DNA from: an uncultured Acidobacteriaceae bacterium
GTDB taxonomy: Bacteria > Acidobacteriota > Terriglobia > Acidiferrales > UBA7541
Assembly (NCBI GenBank): GCA_964622265.1
Contig: CAZUNI010000008.1
Location: forward strand, 4,424-68,423
Direction of reading: 5' to 3'
Length of the DNA stretch: 64,000 nt
Within the stretch, counting starts at the first letter, position 1, and each line of letters starts with the position of its first letter. This document shows, piece by piece, positions 9,893 to 20,139 of this stretch. The position numbers and the translations under genes were made by a program. The notes under the pieces are model-generated. The model ran no database searches, was not told the origin of the DNA, and was given only the letters and a program-made list of their open reading frames with translations.

Positions 9893-10960
9893 TCATCGAC
9901 ACACCATCTCGGTTCCTAAATAGCCTGAGTTTTCCAATTTCTGCGGTGACCTGGCAGATTCAATTGCGTTGCGCATCTTCCATGCCGATCCATAGTGAAG
10001 CGCACTGCCTTGACGCGAACATTCATCCCGCATGAGGTGAAATGTGAGATCCAGATCACGTTCCAGGAGTTGCGCAGCATTGGTTTCCCGCGCTCCATGT
10101 GCGAACAGCTTTATGAACAGATCGTCTCCGATCCTGGGAGCGTATTTGAGCCAGAGGCGGACCCTTTGCCGGGTCACCGGGTTGGAAGCGGCCAGCTCGC
10201 CGGTTTCGAGCCGCGGCAAGAGGCCAAATTTCCTGCTGCTCCAGTTTAGGGTCAGTGGCCCTGGGATCATGAGAAGGTCGCCACACGAGGTTTCTCCGGC
10301 CCTGACCGGAACTCCTGTATCGTGGGACTTGGGGCGCAACGGATCGTCACTAGCCCAGTAGATCGTGTTTATCGTGCGGGTCTGCGCCGGCGACGGGGCG
10401 GAAGGCAGCGTGAAATCCGCGTAGCAGCCGATGTCACGCAAGAGAGCGATCTCATTGTTCAAACCGCACCAACGGCCACCTGGAAGGGAATTGTCCAATG
10501 CCCAATTCCCATGAATGAATCCGAAGACGATCGTGCCATTGTGTTTACGCAGAAGGCTGTGGCGTTCAGAAAGTATTTCCTTAAATCCGCTGATCCGGTC
10601 AACAAAATTCTGTTCACCCTCACCGTCGTGATGTAAATGGACTTCGACATCCGCGATCCCGGCTTGCGTCATTTCCGCCAGGCCATCGAGCAGTTGGGGG
10701 TTATATTCCTCTTCCGGGTAAAAGAAGGTATAGCATGGCGGAGTCCCGGCGGAGTCGCGGTGACGATGAGCAATCGCGGGCCATTTTTCGCTCCACGTTG
10801 CGACGCGTTTGTGGGCGATTGCTTCATTGCCCGGCTTACAAAATGGCTCAAAATGGTCGGCGATCAGCAGCCAAACTCTCGCTGGTGGGGGTGTTTTGAC
10901 GGACGTCAGGCTATCGAGATACCCCGGAAGCCACAATTGTGCATTCCGTGGGAGTTTCAA
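9893..10960 (-). CDS. hypothetical protein, possibly a metal-dependent carbohydrate esterase/deacetylase-like enzyme
   Basis: 355-aa ORF in operon context. His-rich segments VEVHLHHDGEG and FGFIHGNWALDNS. I recognise no firm family. Confidence 0.3.
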   Translation of the reverse strand: MKLPRNAQLWLPGYLDSLTSVKTPPPARVWLLIADHFEPFCKPGNEAIAHKRVATWSEKWPAIAHRHRDSAGTPPCYTFFYPEEEYNPQLLDGLAEMTQAGIADVEVHLHHDGEGEQNFVDRISGFKEILSERHSLLRKHNGTIVFGFIHGNWALDNSLPGGRWCGLNNEIALLRDIGCYADFTLPSAPSPAQTRTINTIYWASDDPLRPKSHDTGVPVRAGETSCGDLLMIPGPLTLNWSSRKFGLLPRLETGELAASNPVTRQRVRLWLKYAPRIGDDLFIKLFAHGARETNAAQLLERDLDLTFHLMRDECSRQGSALHYGSAWKMRNAIESARSPQKLENSGYLGTEMVCR

Positions 10961-12075
10961 ATTCTTTCCTGGAACTGCTTGTCGATCGGATGGGTGGGAA
11001 TTGTGGAGCCCCTTACCCTGTTGCTTCTCAGTCCAGGTTCAATACCGGGGCTCGTAATTTTATTGGTCCCAAGGTCCTCGCGGAACGCTGCGAATGATCT
11101 CCGCAAACCTTCCTCGGTCGAGACCAACTGGTGCCAGCCAATAGACCGTAGCTTGGAGTTGTCAAATTGATTGCCGGCCCACGTCGTTGCGACCTTATAA
11201 GGAGTGAAAATTGCAGGCAACTGGCCTTTTGAATGCTGATGATATTTCGTAAGCATTCTGGACAACAATTTCAAGCCGATATACGGGACAGAAATTGACC
11301 GCACGTTCTTAACATGTTTCTTGTAGGCCCGCAGGTATTCTCGACATGTCGGTAAAGAGTCGTCATGCACGTTATAGACTTGGCCGGCGGCGCGCTCGTG
11401 GGTGCCGGCGATCACCACGGCTTCTGCGCAGTTTTCTACGTACGTCAGTGGGAGCAAATTTCTGCCGCCGAGGTTCAGCTGCCACTTCCCAATTGTTAGA
11501 CCAATTCGATTTGAAAAATGGCCGCCACCGGGACCATAGATCACGCCCGGTCGAAGCACCACGAGTTCGAAGCCATTTCGCTGCTGGTATTCCCAGAATA
11601 GTTGTTCCTGACGTAGTTTTGAGTGGGAGTAATGATCGCGTCGCTCCGGATGTCGTTCGAGGACGGTCTGCTCATTCACGAGTGCCCCGCGATCGAGCTC
11701 CGCGATTCCGTACACACCGAATGAACTCACCAAGACGATGCGCATCGGCTTCCGTCCGCCGACGGCGTCGAGTAAATTTCTGGACGCCGCTACCGAATCC
11801 ATGAAGAGATCGGCGGCGGCTCCACTCTTGCCAGCGGCGAGGTGGAAAATAAGTTGCACGCCAGCCACGGCGCGATCGGCATCATCATGGCGCTTGAGGT
11901 TTCCGACACAATATTCAACGTGGGCACTCGGATATCGGCTCGCGAATGCGCTTAGCATTGGAATCTTGGCCTTGCGACGCACATTACAGCGAATGTCAGC
12001 GTAGCCGTGCGCCAGCAGCTGCTCGAAAACAGCGGTCCCGAGGAAACCTGAAGCTCCCGTAACCAGTACTTTCAC
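10957..12075 (-). CDS. NAD-dependent epimerase/dehydratase (extended SDR)
   Basis: MKVLVTGASGFLGTAV Rossmann motif and YSHSK (YxxxK) catalytic motif. Confidence 0.85.
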   Translation of the reverse strand: MKVLVTGASGFLGTAVFEQLLAHGYADIRCNVRRKAKIPMLSAFASRYPSAHVEYCVGNLKRHDDADRAVAGVQLIFHLAAGKSGAAADLFMDSVAASRNLLDAVGGRKPMRIVLVSSFGVYGIAELDRGALVNEQTVLERHPERRDHYSHSKLRQEQLFWEYQQRNGFELVVLRPGVIYGPGGGHFSNRIGLTIGKWQLNLGGRNLLPLTYVENCAEAVVIAGTHERAAGQVYNVHDDSLPTCREYLRAYKKHVKNVRSISVPYIGLKLLSRMLTKYHQHSKGQLPAIFTPYKVATTWAGNQFDNSKLRSIGWHQLVSTEEGLRRSFAAFREDLGTNKITSPGIEPGLRSNRVRGSTIPTHPIDKQFQERI

Positions 12076-13151
12076 GCCAGCACCGCTGGATAGACCTGTG
12101 CAGAAACTTCATCGATGATTTCCGATACTCGCAATATCTCCGAGTAGGGGATTGGAACCGGCGAATCGTCCAGAATGCTCTGGTAAAAGAGTGACAGTAA
12201 CCGATTCAATCCCTCGAAATAGTGGGAACGCGATCCGGCGAAATCGCGAACATTGTTAGTCGCCTGTTGCAGGCCCTGCCAGCTACTTTTGAAAGGGGGC
12301 AACAAACGCCCAAGTCCACTTGGAACAGTCTGTTTTTGTTCGACCGACATGGTACGGAACGTGTAATCGAGGTGCGCCGTGTTTTTCGTACCATACACAC
12401 GCATGAAATGACTCACGGGCCGCGCATGCGAACTGAAGGTTAGATACGCGGAAACGCCGCCGCAAAACATCATCACGCGCAATTCGTCTAGAATGTCATC
12501 GGTATCGGTATCGTTTAGATGTCTCCGGCGGTACCCTCGCGCAATGGTCTCCAACGGCTCGTCTGGAAGGAACGGTGTGATTTTATAGATCGCGTGATCG
12601 ATCACGTTCTGGAATAGCTTGCCGGGCAATCGATGGACCCAATGATGTTCGTCAGCGAGGACCGCCCGCCCAAATCCACCTGATAAGTCGTACCCGCAAA
12701 AGCTTTCGACGTGCACAGGCTCACCCAATTTGCCCTCCGCAACAAAATCTCTGAGTGCCAAGGAGGGCGCTTCGAACTTGTACCAATAGTTTATCGTCAT
12801 CTTCCGATTCGCCCTTTGAAAGCACTCGACCAGGCGGCGTCCATCTTCCGCGGTCAAGGCCAGGGGCTTCTCAAGAAATACGTGGCAACCAGCTTCCGCA
12901 GCCTTCCGGGCAAGCGCTAAGTGACTTTGTGGTGGCGTGGCGATATGAATGACGTCCAGCTGATGCATAGAAAGCATTAGGTCAAAATCGGTGTACCAGT
13001 TAGGAACGGAATAGCGGAGCGCGAGTTGCTCAGCAAGGATCGGCTCGATGTCACAGACGGCGACAACACGAGTCGAGCCGAACTTTTGTATTTCTTCGAT
13101 GTGGCCATCAGCAATTTTTCCGCAGCCGATTATTCCAATGTTTAGCGGCAT
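12072..13151 (-). CDS. Gfo/Idh/MocA family oxidoreductase
   Basis: NIGIIGCGKIADGH dinucleotide-binding motif and the FLEKPLALT (EKP) motif. Confidence 0.85.
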   Translation of the reverse strand: MPLNIGIIGCGKIADGHIEEIQKFGSTRVVAVCDIEPILAEQLALRYSVPNWYTDFDLMLSMHQLDVIHIATPPQSHLALARKAAEAGCHVFLEKPLALTAEDGRRLVECFQRANRKMTINYWYKFEAPSLALRDFVAEGKLGEPVHVESFCGYDLSGGFGRAVLADEHHWVHRLPGKLFQNVIDHAIYKITPFLPDEPLETIARGYRRRHLNDTDTDDILDELRVMMFCGGVSAYLTFSSHARPVSHFMRVYGTKNTAHLDYTFRTMSVEQKQTVPSGLGRLLPPFKSSWQGLQQATNNVRDFAGSRSHYFEGLNRLLSLFYQSILDDSPVPIPYSEILRVSEIIDEVSAQVYPAVLA

Positions 13152-13234
13152 GTTTTCTGGCTGCCTTTAAGTTTATGTCCGAACTAAATCGTGCGCGGCG
13201 CGGCGTTTTCCACTTACAACTTGGTCTGAACCGA

Positions 13235-14566
13235 TTATGGATTTGCGCGGCCCCACTGGACTGGCAGATGAGGATCCTGATTTTGGCAATCCGGTAGACT
13301 TGTCCCGAGAGCCCTGGAATAGATCTCGGAATAAACCGCGGTCGTTTTTTTCCAGGTACGATTTCGGCGAACCCATTCCGACCCCTGCGTAGCAAGTAGA
13401 TCTTGCAACCCAGGATCGTCCAGAACTCCAATAATGGATCGTGTCAAAGCAGAAACATCCCCCGACTTGAATAAGAGCCCGGTGTAACCATCCTGGATCA
13501 ATTCGCGGTGTCCGCCAATGTCGCTGGCGATGATGGGCTTACCCATAGCCATAGACTCCAGCGGTTTGAGAGGAGTGACCAGTTCGGTCAGGCGTACTGA
13601 ATAACGCGGGTAGACGAGAACATCAATGAGCGAATAAATTCCGGGAATTTTCTCTTGCGGTATTCTACCGGTTAAGATCACGTGATTTTGTAAGTTCGCT
13701 TGAGCGATCTGATTCCGGAGTTCCTGTTCCATTTCACCGCCTCCCACCAGAAGCAGGACGACGTCCGACCGTATCGCAACAATCCGCGCAATTGCTCTTA
13801 CTAGCAGGTCCAGATCCTCATATCGATTGAAGGAACCAATAAACCCGACAATCTTCTTGCCGTCGACACCCAGGGCACTAGCGACTGCCAAATCCGATTT
13901 CGTGGCGTGGAATGCTTCAGGATTGATTCCGTTGGGGACGATCGCAATTTTATTGTCCGGGATTCCCCGGTTGATCAGGTCTGTTCGCAATCCATCGCAA
14001 ATTACCGCCGTCTGCGCAACATAGTGGCAAGCGAATGTTTCCAACGTGCGAGTCGTTTTATATCTCAAGGAACCTGCGGAACATGTTCCACGGTCAACCA
14101 TTGCATCTTCCCAGAAGGCGCGAATTTCATAGACCACTGGAAGTCTGAGTTTGTGCCCGACCCAGAGCGCTGCGGCGGCATTCAAGACTGGTGAGTGTGC
14201 GTGTAGCAGGTCCGGACTTTCTATTTTGGCCACTCCCTCAATTCGTTTCGCCAGAGATTTGATGAGTTGAAGTTCGTCTGCGAAAGCGATGGATTTGTTC
14301 GAAGCCCCTGTCCGGTAGTAGCAGAAACTATCGATCCTATCTTTGTCTTTCGATGGACCCTTCCAGGTCGCCTCATGTTTGGGGGATGTTACGGCAACTG
14401 GCCTCCAACCTCTATTGTGCTGTGCCCTAAGGATGTTCTCGCTCCGGAACGCGTATCCGCTGTGTAATGGAAGACTGTGATCCAGAATGTGAAGAATCTT
14501 TAGAGGTGACCGACCGTATTCGGATTGGTCAATCTTAGAACCTGTGCGGTTCATTATTCTGCTCAT
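13235..14566 (-). CDS. glycosyltransferase family 4, exosortase-locus-associated type
   Basis: LKILHILDHSLPLHSGYAFRS N-terminus and PLKPLESMAMGKPIIASDIGGHRELI C-terminal GT-B motif. The start is moved to the internal ATG at 14566 to avoid overlapping the upstream gene (alternatives 14617 or 14701). Confidence 0.75.
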   Translation of the reverse strand: MSRIMNRTGSKIDQSEYGRSPLKILHILDHSLPLHSGYAFRSENILRAQHNRGWRPVAVTSPKHEATWKGPSKDKDRIDSFCYYRTGASNKSIAFADELQLIKSLAKRIEGVAKIESPDLLHAHSPVLNAAAALWVGHKLRLPVVYEIRAFWEDAMVDRGTCSAGSLRYKTTRTLETFACHYVAQTAVICDGLRTDLINRGIPDNKIAIVPNGINPEAFHATKSDLAVASALGVDGKKIVGFIGSFNRYEDLDLLVRAIARIVAIRSDVVLLLVGGGEMEQELRNQIAQANLQNHVILTGRIPQEKIPGIYSLIDVLVYPRYSVRLTELVTPLKPLESMAMGKPIIASDIGGHRELIQDGYTGLLFKSGDVSALTRSIIGVLDDPGLQDLLATQGSEWVRRNRTWKKTTAVYSEIYSRALGTSLPDCQNQDPHLPVQWGRANP

Positions 14567-14642
14567 TGAGTTATGTTCCAGACTCGGGATGTGTGTACCA
14601 TCCGCGCCAAATGTCATTTTGTTGAGGAACGGTTCGGTGAAC

Positions 14643-16049
14643 TTAATTTCGCAGGTGAACCATGCCGTATATACAAAATAGTGCGACCGTCTCTGTTGCA
14701 AGCGTGAAAAATAACCAGCGACTTCGAATGCAGGATTTCGCGGCGGGCCGTTGGAGCGCGATCATGGCAGTGGCCAGTCCCAGTACTAAGTACATCGGCG
14801 TGCTGTAACTTCGCGATAAGAACCAACTGGTGGTCATAAAACCGACCAACGCAAGGCGCATTGTATGCAACGCTTGAATCGGTACGTTGGGCTCGTGTTG
14901 CTGTTCAATTGGTTCGTCGATTCCTGCAGTCACAATGGTATCGACTTCCGGAGACTTACTAAAATCTGTTGCAGGGTTCACAAATGTAGAGTCTTCCTTG
15001 CGTTCTACATTCCCCGCTGAGGCGGGCTTCAACTGTCTCTTGCGCCACAACGAGATAATTTTATTCAGACTGGATGTCGTTGTAACCAGTAAGGCGACCC
15101 ATAGTGTGGTCCCCACTAATCCAAGTTCGGCGAGACAAAGGACGAATGAATTGTGGGCCGTGATCTCATTGAAGTCGGTGAAAGCGCCGAATCCAACCCC
15201 AAATAAAGGGGCTTTCTTGAACATTTCCAACCCGGTGGCCCAGGCCTCCAGCCTGTCGGCGCCGTCACCCACGGAGATTCCACGGCCGCCTGTAAAATTG
15301 ATGGCCACCATCCCTGCGATGAGTGCCGCGATCAACAACGAGGACGGGATGGAACCCAGTCGTTTTTGCGCAATCATTAACGTCAGAATCGCTAGCGCCA
15401 ACAGTGCACCGCGGGAATGTGTCAAAAATATGGCCCAAAGAAGCACAGCTGCGGGAACAAACATAGTCAGCGAGTTTGCGGTCCCGCGCCATTTCCGCCA
15501 GGCGATGAAGACAAGTGGCAAAGCAATGAGAAGCATCTGGGAGAAATCGTTGGGATCGCTCAGGAAACCAGCGCCACGCAAACGAGAAAGTTGCCCGAGA
15601 GCATTATCCGGCGAGGAAAGATTCTGGTGCAGTACGAATGTATCCGCGCGGAACCCCAGATAATATCCGCACAACGCTTCAACCACGACGATTAAGCAGG
15701 ACGCGGCAACGACCTTCGCAAGGATCTCCAGCCTGCGAATCGTAGTTACGTTTGCAACTATAAAGAAGAATACCGCCGCACTGGGCAGAAAGATTTGCCA
15801 GCTGACTAAGGCTCCGCCAATCCATCCATTGGCCACTCTCGAAAAAGCGATGGCGAGGATGAATCCGAGCATCAAGAATGTCTGGATGGAAGACCTTAAC
15901 TGTGTTCCGGAAATAATTGTCGGCATGGAAAATAGAAATGTAATTCCCGCCAGATATGTAAGCGCATGATAATTTGCCCATTCCGGCCCAAATTGCTCCG
16001 GAGAGATAATTGTCACAGCGATGTAGAGAGCTGTAAGTATGAATCCCAC
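14643..16049 (-). CDS. O-antigen ligase/polymerase-like membrane protein (Wzy_C type)
   Basis: 468 aa with about 10 or more hydrophobic helices. It has the Wzy_C-like segment THSRGALLALAILTL and a hydrophilic loop near the C-terminus. Confidence 0.65.
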   Translation of the reverse strand: MGFILTALYIAVTIISPEQFGPEWANYHALTYLAGITFLFSMPTIISGTQLRSSIQTFLMLGFILAIAFSRVANGWIGGALVSWQIFLPSAAVFFFIVANVTTIRRLEILAKVVAASCLIVVVEALCGYYLGFRADTFVLHQNLSSPDNALGQLSRLRGAGFLSDPNDFSQMLLIALPLVFIAWRKWRGTANSLTMFVPAAVLLWAIFLTHSRGALLALAILTLMIAQKRLGSIPSSLLIAALIAGMVAINFTGGRGISVGDGADRLEAWATGLEMFKKAPLFGVGFGAFTDFNEITAHNSFVLCLAELGLVGTTLWVALLVTTTSSLNKIISLWRKRQLKPASAGNVERKEDSTFVNPATDFSKSPEVDTIVTAGIDEPIEQQHEPNVPIQALHTMRLALVGFMTTSWFLSRSYSTPMYLVLGLATAMIALQRPAAKSCIRSRWLFFTLATETVALFCIYGMVHLRN

Positions 16050-16099
16050 CTCAGGCCGCGCTCCACTGGAGAGAATAAAACGTCTGTATACCTAGGTCT

Positions 16100-17323
16100 T
16101 TAAGCACCGACGATGGCACGCGTCGGCTCATCGTCTTCTTCTGCAGCTGCCGCAGGGAATGGCGAAGTCGGAATCCAGATCTTCCATAGGGGGCCCCGAT
16201 TGGAGACGAACTTATAGAAACCGAAAACCACTGCAACATTCAACATACAGAAGGCACGGGCAGCGCCACCAATCCGCGATGCGATGGATCGTCCTTTCCA
16301 TGCACTTACAGAGGCAATCATGTAGAGAAATACCTGCAAAACAAGGACGAATGCGTAGGATCGGGAACCAGTTGCGAGCACAGCGCTAGTGCCGAGTATT
16401 ACAATCAGGAGAGCAGGCACCAGTAGGCGGAGAAGTTTATGGGAGACCAGTTCGAATCGAAGCCGGTTCTCACCCGATAGGAGCCAGGGCGCCAGTTGCA
16501 TAAGTTGAAAGTTGCCCGCGAGGGTGCGTACCTTGCGATTGAATTCATCCCGCAAATTCTTTGGCCAAACATCGTAGACACGTGCGCGAATATCAATGAC
16601 CGACCGATAGCCTTGGCGAACAACGCTCAGGGGTTGCATCATATCATCGAGGATGGTTGCTTCCGGCAGAGGGCGAATCAACTTGTGACGAATTGCGTAA
16701 AAACCGCCATACACTCCCATTGGAGAATCGACCCGCGACTCGCACTTTCGAATCCACTGCTCATATCGCCAATAAAGACCACCGACTGCCCGCGCGCTCG
16801 ATGTATGGTTTTCATCGCGCAGTACCAGTTCACCAGCGACGCAGCCGATACGAGGATCGGCAAAATTGCTGACTAACAATTTCAATGAATTCCGCGCTGG
16901 CCGTGGACGGATGTCAACAAACAGTACGATCTCCCCTGCAGCATTTTCCACGCCAATGTTGACTGCTGCTGCTTTGCCACGACGCACTGCGTAGTGGATG
17001 GACTTTACAGCCGGGTGGCGAATCGTCTTGAGGACTGCATCGGTTCCGTCGGTGGACCCATCGGACACCACAATAAGGTTCATTAAATTCGGGGGATAAT
17101 CGAATGAAAGCAAGCGATCGATTTGTCCACGAAGCATCGGTGCGCCGTTGTACACGCCTAAAATAATGCTGACTGTGGGGAAAATCTGCCCCTGGGACCA
17201 CCGTTGAGGATGCCGGCGGCTAAGGAAGTAAATCCATAGCGGATACCCGGCATAAGTGTACAGCGTTAGACCAACTGCACCCCAAAATGCCAACACCAGC
17301 ATTAGATGCGAGGTGCCGCTCAT
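16100..17323 (-). CDS. glycosyltransferase family 2 (membrane-anchored)
   Basis: VSIILGVYNGAPML...VVSDGSTDGT GT-A signature, with N- and C-terminal TM segments. Confidence 0.85.
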   Translation of the reverse strand: MSGTSHLMLVLAFWGAVGLTLYTYAGYPLWIYFLSRRHPQRWSQGQIFPTVSIILGVYNGAPMLRGQIDRLLSFDYPPNLMNLIVVSDGSTDGTDAVLKTIRHPAVKSIHYAVRRGKAAAVNIGVENAAGEIVLFVDIRPRPARNSLKLLVSNFADPRIGCVAGELVLRDENHTSSARAVGGLYWRYEQWIRKCESRVDSPMGVYGGFYAIRHKLIRPLPEATILDDMMQPLSVVRQGYRSVIDIRARVYDVWPKNLRDEFNRKVRTLAGNFQLMQLAPWLLSGENRLRFELVSHKLLRLLVPALLIVILGTSAVLATGSRSYAFVLVLQVFLYMIASVSAWKGRSIASRIGGAARAFCMLNVAVVFGFYKFVSNRGPLWKIWIPTSPFPAAAAEEDDEPTRAIVGA

Positions 17324-17384
17324 TTCATCTGTGCCATTAAATTTCTCAAACGGTTAACGAGGCGACGGAGAGCAATAACCGGGC

Positions 17385-18803
17385 CTATTTTGCGCCTCGT
17401 CCGAGAAGTATGATTTTGATCGTGCTAAAGCAGATCAGTAAATCAAGCCCCATCGACATGTTCTTGACGTAATAGAGGTCATAACGGAGCTTTTCTTTGG
17501 CGTCCTCGACTGAGTTTCCGTATTTATAACGGATCTGAGCCCACCCGCTGATTCCAGGGCGAACAGTATGTCGCAATTGGTAAAAGGGAATCTCCCGGCT
17601 AAGCTCTTCGACGAATTCGGGGCGTTCCGGCCGCGGGCCAACTATGCTCATTTCGCCCTTTAACACATTCCACAATTGCGGAATTTCGTCCATACGAGAC
17701 TTCCGAAGGAACTTTCCCACAGGAGTGATTCGAGGATCGTCGTCGGTAGCCCACGTCGGCCCTATATCCGCCTCGGCGTCAGACCGCATCGTTCGAAACT
17801 TGTAGCAATGAAACACAACGCCATCGCGTCCGGTCCGTTTTTGCCGATATAGAATCGGTCCTTTCGAGGTCAGTCCGATGGCCAAGATAATGAAGGGAAG
17901 AAGGGGAAGGCTGAGTAGCAACCCCGTAACGGAGACCAATACAGCGGCGAAACGTTTGTAAAACAGGTGAAGGCGTGACGCATGACAGCCCGGCGAGAAA
18001 AGAAGCGAGGCCAAGCGAACGGATTCGATGGGGACTTTGCCGGCAATTGTCTCGTAGACCTCAGCCCCATCCTGAACGCGCACGCCGCGGCATTTCAGGG
18101 AAAGCAAACATTCGACGGGCAGCTTGCCGCGGCGTTCGCCCATCGCGACAACAATGCGGTTCACGCGCAGAAGTTTGACATCACGGCACAAACTGTCAGC
18201 CATGTCCGTTAAAAATATATCTGGTGAAGATTTATCGTTTCCGTCGTTTCCATGCCTTTTGCCACTATCATTTCCCCAACCTCGACCGACAACACGAAGT
18301 CCTAATTCAGGCCGCGATGCAAATTCAAACTGAAGGAGGTCAGCGAGCGATCCATCTCCCAAAATCAACGTGCGATCGGCAAATTCCGCCACGCTATTCA
18401 CTGCGAAGAATGCTCTGCGCCAGAAAAACAGTAGCATCGCGACGAGAGACAGACCGATTACGAATATTCCGCGGCCAAATTCCAAAGGAGGATATAAGTA
18501 GTAGACGAAAACCGAAACGCTATAGATCGTTCCCAGCACCTGAACCAAACGGATCAGCATCTCGCGCCGATTGGCCAAAACTGACGAATCATAAAGATCG
18601 AAGTAATACATGCAGGTGATGACGGCTACAGACACAACAAATATCTTCAACACTCCGTTCTGGTAATTGAGCATGCGCAACGCACTGTCAGGACCCAATC
18701 GCGCAACCATGGCAGCCAGGAAGGCTAAAGAGATGAGGCACGCTTCGGAAATCCACAGAAAGAGCGTACGCGCAGGAAAATAAGCGTGCAGGAGTCGAAT
18801 CAA
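17385..18803 (-). CDS. polyprenyl-phosphate glycosyl-1-phosphate transferase (priming sugar transferase, WbaP/EpsB-like)
   Basis: N-terminal TM helices and a C-terminal bacterial sugar transferase domain with MSIVGPRPERPEF and RPGISGWAQI motifs. Confidence 0.9.
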   Translation of the reverse strand: MIRLLHAYFPARTLFLWISEACLISLAFLAAMVARLGPDSALRMLNYQNGVLKIFVVSVAVITCMYYFDLYDSSVLANRREMLIRLVQVLGTIYSVSVFVYYLYPPLEFGRGIFVIGLSLVAMLLFFWRRAFFAVNSVAEFADRTLILGDGSLADLLQFEFASRPELGLRVVGRGWGNDSGKRHGNDGNDKSSPDIFLTDMADSLCRDVKLLRVNRIVVAMGERRGKLPVECLLSLKCRGVRVQDGAEVYETIAGKVPIESVRLASLLFSPGCHASRLHLFYKRFAAVLVSVTGLLLSLPLLPFIILAIGLTSKGPILYRQKRTGRDGVVFHCYKFRTMRSDAEADIGPTWATDDDPRITPVGKFLRKSRMDEIPQLWNVLKGEMSIVGPRPERPEFVEELSREIPFYQLRHTVRPGISGWAQIRYKYGNSVEDAKEKLRYDLYYVKNMSMGLDLLICFSTIKIILLGRGAK

Positions 18804-18916
18804 AGAACTACCTCAAAGTTGTCTGTCTCAATTCAATTCGACTACTTTTTGAGCGCGCAGAAAAAACCAAAGAAATACGGTACTGTCGGTTAACCAAACT
18901 CATTGCAGCAAAATAG

Positions 18917-19333
18917 TTATTTTCGCTCTCCACGCCACCGCCGAAGATAGAAAACTCCTGCACCGATCGCCAAGGCGGCGCCGAACGACAGCACGGTGGG
19001 CGGCTCGGGTACAGGTGCTGGGGCATGATCGTCTTTATCACCATTCTTGCCGTCATGATCCTTGTGATGGTCATCGCCATCCCTTCGGTCACGTTTTTCA
19101 TCGTTTTTGTCGTTATTCCAAATCAAGCTGCCTTGGCCAGTCCCGAGGGTGGGAAGCGAAGACGCTGAGACCATCAATTCTAAATCCGCCGATATAGCGG
19201 TCCCATTGAACGCCGCAAGCGTTTCGGACGGGCTTGGAGCAGCAGTTACTCTGCTATGCGCAGAAATAGCTACTCCGCCGATCAGTGTGACAATACACAG
19301 TACAAACGCACGGAACGATAAAGATTTGCTCAT
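18917..19333 (-). CDS. small secreted PEP-CTERM sorting-domain protein with a His/Asp/Lys-rich spacer
   Basis: Signal-peptide-like MSKSLSFRAFVLCIVTLIGGVAISAHS. C-terminal VPEPPTVLSFGAALAIGAGVFYLRRWR gives the PEP motif, a TM helix and a basic tail. Confidence 0.8.
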   Translation of the reverse strand: MSKSLSFRAFVLCIVTLIGGVAISAHSRVTAAPSPSETLAAFNGTAISADLELMVSASSLPTLGTGQGSLIWNNDKNDEKRDRRDGDDHHKDHDGKNGDKDDHAPAPVPEPPTVLSFGAALAIGAGVFYLRRWRGERK

Positions 19334-19485
19334 TTTATTCTCCTTCGTGAATGTGACTTGTGTTTCTGGAACGTGGCTCGACTTCTACTCTGCAATACAT
19401 ATCCTTGTGAAACCCTTCTCGGTTTCGAAACCTGTCTCCGGATGGGCAGGCGTGGTTCCTCTTCTCCATGGTCGAGCCCAGTCGG

Positions 19486-20139
19486 TCACTCCGGCAATAA
19501 GGCAGCGACTTGCGGATAAATGTGACTTGCGAACTCCGTGGCGCGCGCTCGTGCGCTTATTTCCCCATCAGATGCCGTAGTCCAAATGCGCACCATTGTG
19601 CCGTCCGTGCTCCTGCGCCTTAAACCGTCGACCACCAACCAGTACTTTGCCCCATATTCGCTGGCAATAATGCGCCAGCGCGTTTGATACCAATAGAGGA
19701 CTAAATCCCGGCTCGCACCCTTTTCCACCAAGTATTCGTTCACCAGCACGGGACGGCCTCCTTTGGTGCCGATCTCGATCCGGGCCGAATGGATTGGTTC
19801 CCATCCGCTGCCAGGAAGGCAATTCTCGGGAGAATGAATTCTGTCGCCTGAACGCTGATCTCTGTAATATCCGACATAGAGTTCGATGGGAGGTGTTCCT
19901 TCCGAATACACTCGGTTAATGTAATCGTCCGCTCCAATCGCGCTCACAACCTCGGCGTCGTATGGAATATCCTCGCTATGCCAGGAGGCTATCGTGGCCG
20001 GGAATTCATGCAACGGACGATGGACTTCAGGGATGTTGGCCGAAGGTATGTTGCGTGTCGCAAGAATGCCCCCTGCAAGAACGAGTACTGCAACGATGAT
20101 CCGCGGAGAAAGCATCAATATACCAACGTTGAATCCCAC
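19486..20139 (-). CDS. epsI: exosortase-associated EpsI family protein
   Basis: N-terminal TM helix. YINRVY...ELYVGYY...IHSPENCLPGSGW resembles the EpsI signature. It lies immediately downstream of the exosortase and overlaps it. Confidence 0.75.
   Translation of the reverse strand: MGFNVGILMLSPRIIVAVLVLAGGILATRNIPSANIPEVHRPLHEFPATIASWHSEDIPYDAEVVSAIGADDYINRVYSEGTPPIELYVGYYRDQRSGDRIHSPENCLPGSGWEPIHSARIEIGTKGGRPVLVNEYLVEKGASRDLVLYWYQTRWRIIASEYGAKYWLVVDGLRRRSTDGTMVRIWTTASDGEISARARATEFASHIYPQVAALLPE

Noticed and set aside
14887-15663. 258-aa plus-strand ORF
   Set aside because: It is antisense to the Wzy/O-antigen-ligase-like membrane protein gene. It is not hydrophobic, has no motifs, and would break the co-directional operon.
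18808-19101. 97-aa minus-strand ORF
   Set aside because: It overlaps the PEP-CTERM protein gene in a different frame. The PEP-CTERM frame has a signal peptide and a sorting signal, so that frame is preferred.
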